Position numbers and translations under genes: made by a program | Shown: piece by piece, positions 54,209-54,209 of the stretch | Layout: each line of letters opens with the position of its first letter | Numbering within the stretch: position 1 is the first letter of the stretch | The notes under the pieces: generated by a model | The model's input: the letters and a program-made list of their open reading frames with translations, nothing else | Databases searched by the model: none | Told to the model about the DNA's origin: nothing | From: a virus | Taxonomy: Duplodnaviria; Caudoviricetes | Direction: 5' to 3' (one strand) | IMG/VR virus record: IMGVR_UViG_3300037458_000931 | Span: 1-54,209 of that record | Length of the DNA: 54,209 nt

Positions 54209-54209
54209 C

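Noticed and set aside
1-54209. Prophage boundaries, integrase, tRNA or rRNA genes
   Set aside because: No host genes, recombinase motifs, att-like repeats or cloverleaf sequences were recognised by eye; a tRNA/Rfam scan would be needed to exclude them formally.

Overview
The window is a 54 kb piece of a tailed dsDNA phage genome with two convergent arms that meet at a shared TTAA (34042-34045). The + arm (1-34045) carries a lysis cassette, many tail/fibre genes (including a CAP-domain protein and three paralogous small tail proteins), two coiled-coil ejection-type proteins and a 3155-aa polyvalent protein with three ADP-ribosyltransferase-like modules and two HExxH motifs. The - arm (34042-53300) carries dCTP deaminase, a P-loop NTPase, a family A DNA polymerase split into a UDG+exonuclease gene and a polymerase gene (His at the 762 position), a PEP-CTERM-type protein, a ParB-methyltransferase fusion, SSB/Sak4/Cas4-like recombination genes, thymidylate synthase, a UvrD helicase and small early genes. 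The right end is non-coding. It holds a consensus sigma70 promoter, an 81-bp imperfect inverted repeat around an AT-rich core (origin or packaging-site candidate) and two parS-like sites. The best candidate for a new system is the ParB-clamp methyltransferase together with the parS pair and a heavily over-represented CCGGCG motif. A five-site palindromic regulatory motif also links the two arms. No capsid, portal, terminase, integrase, primase, tRNA or CRISPR array was recognised. All calls come from reading motifs by eye; no database search was run.
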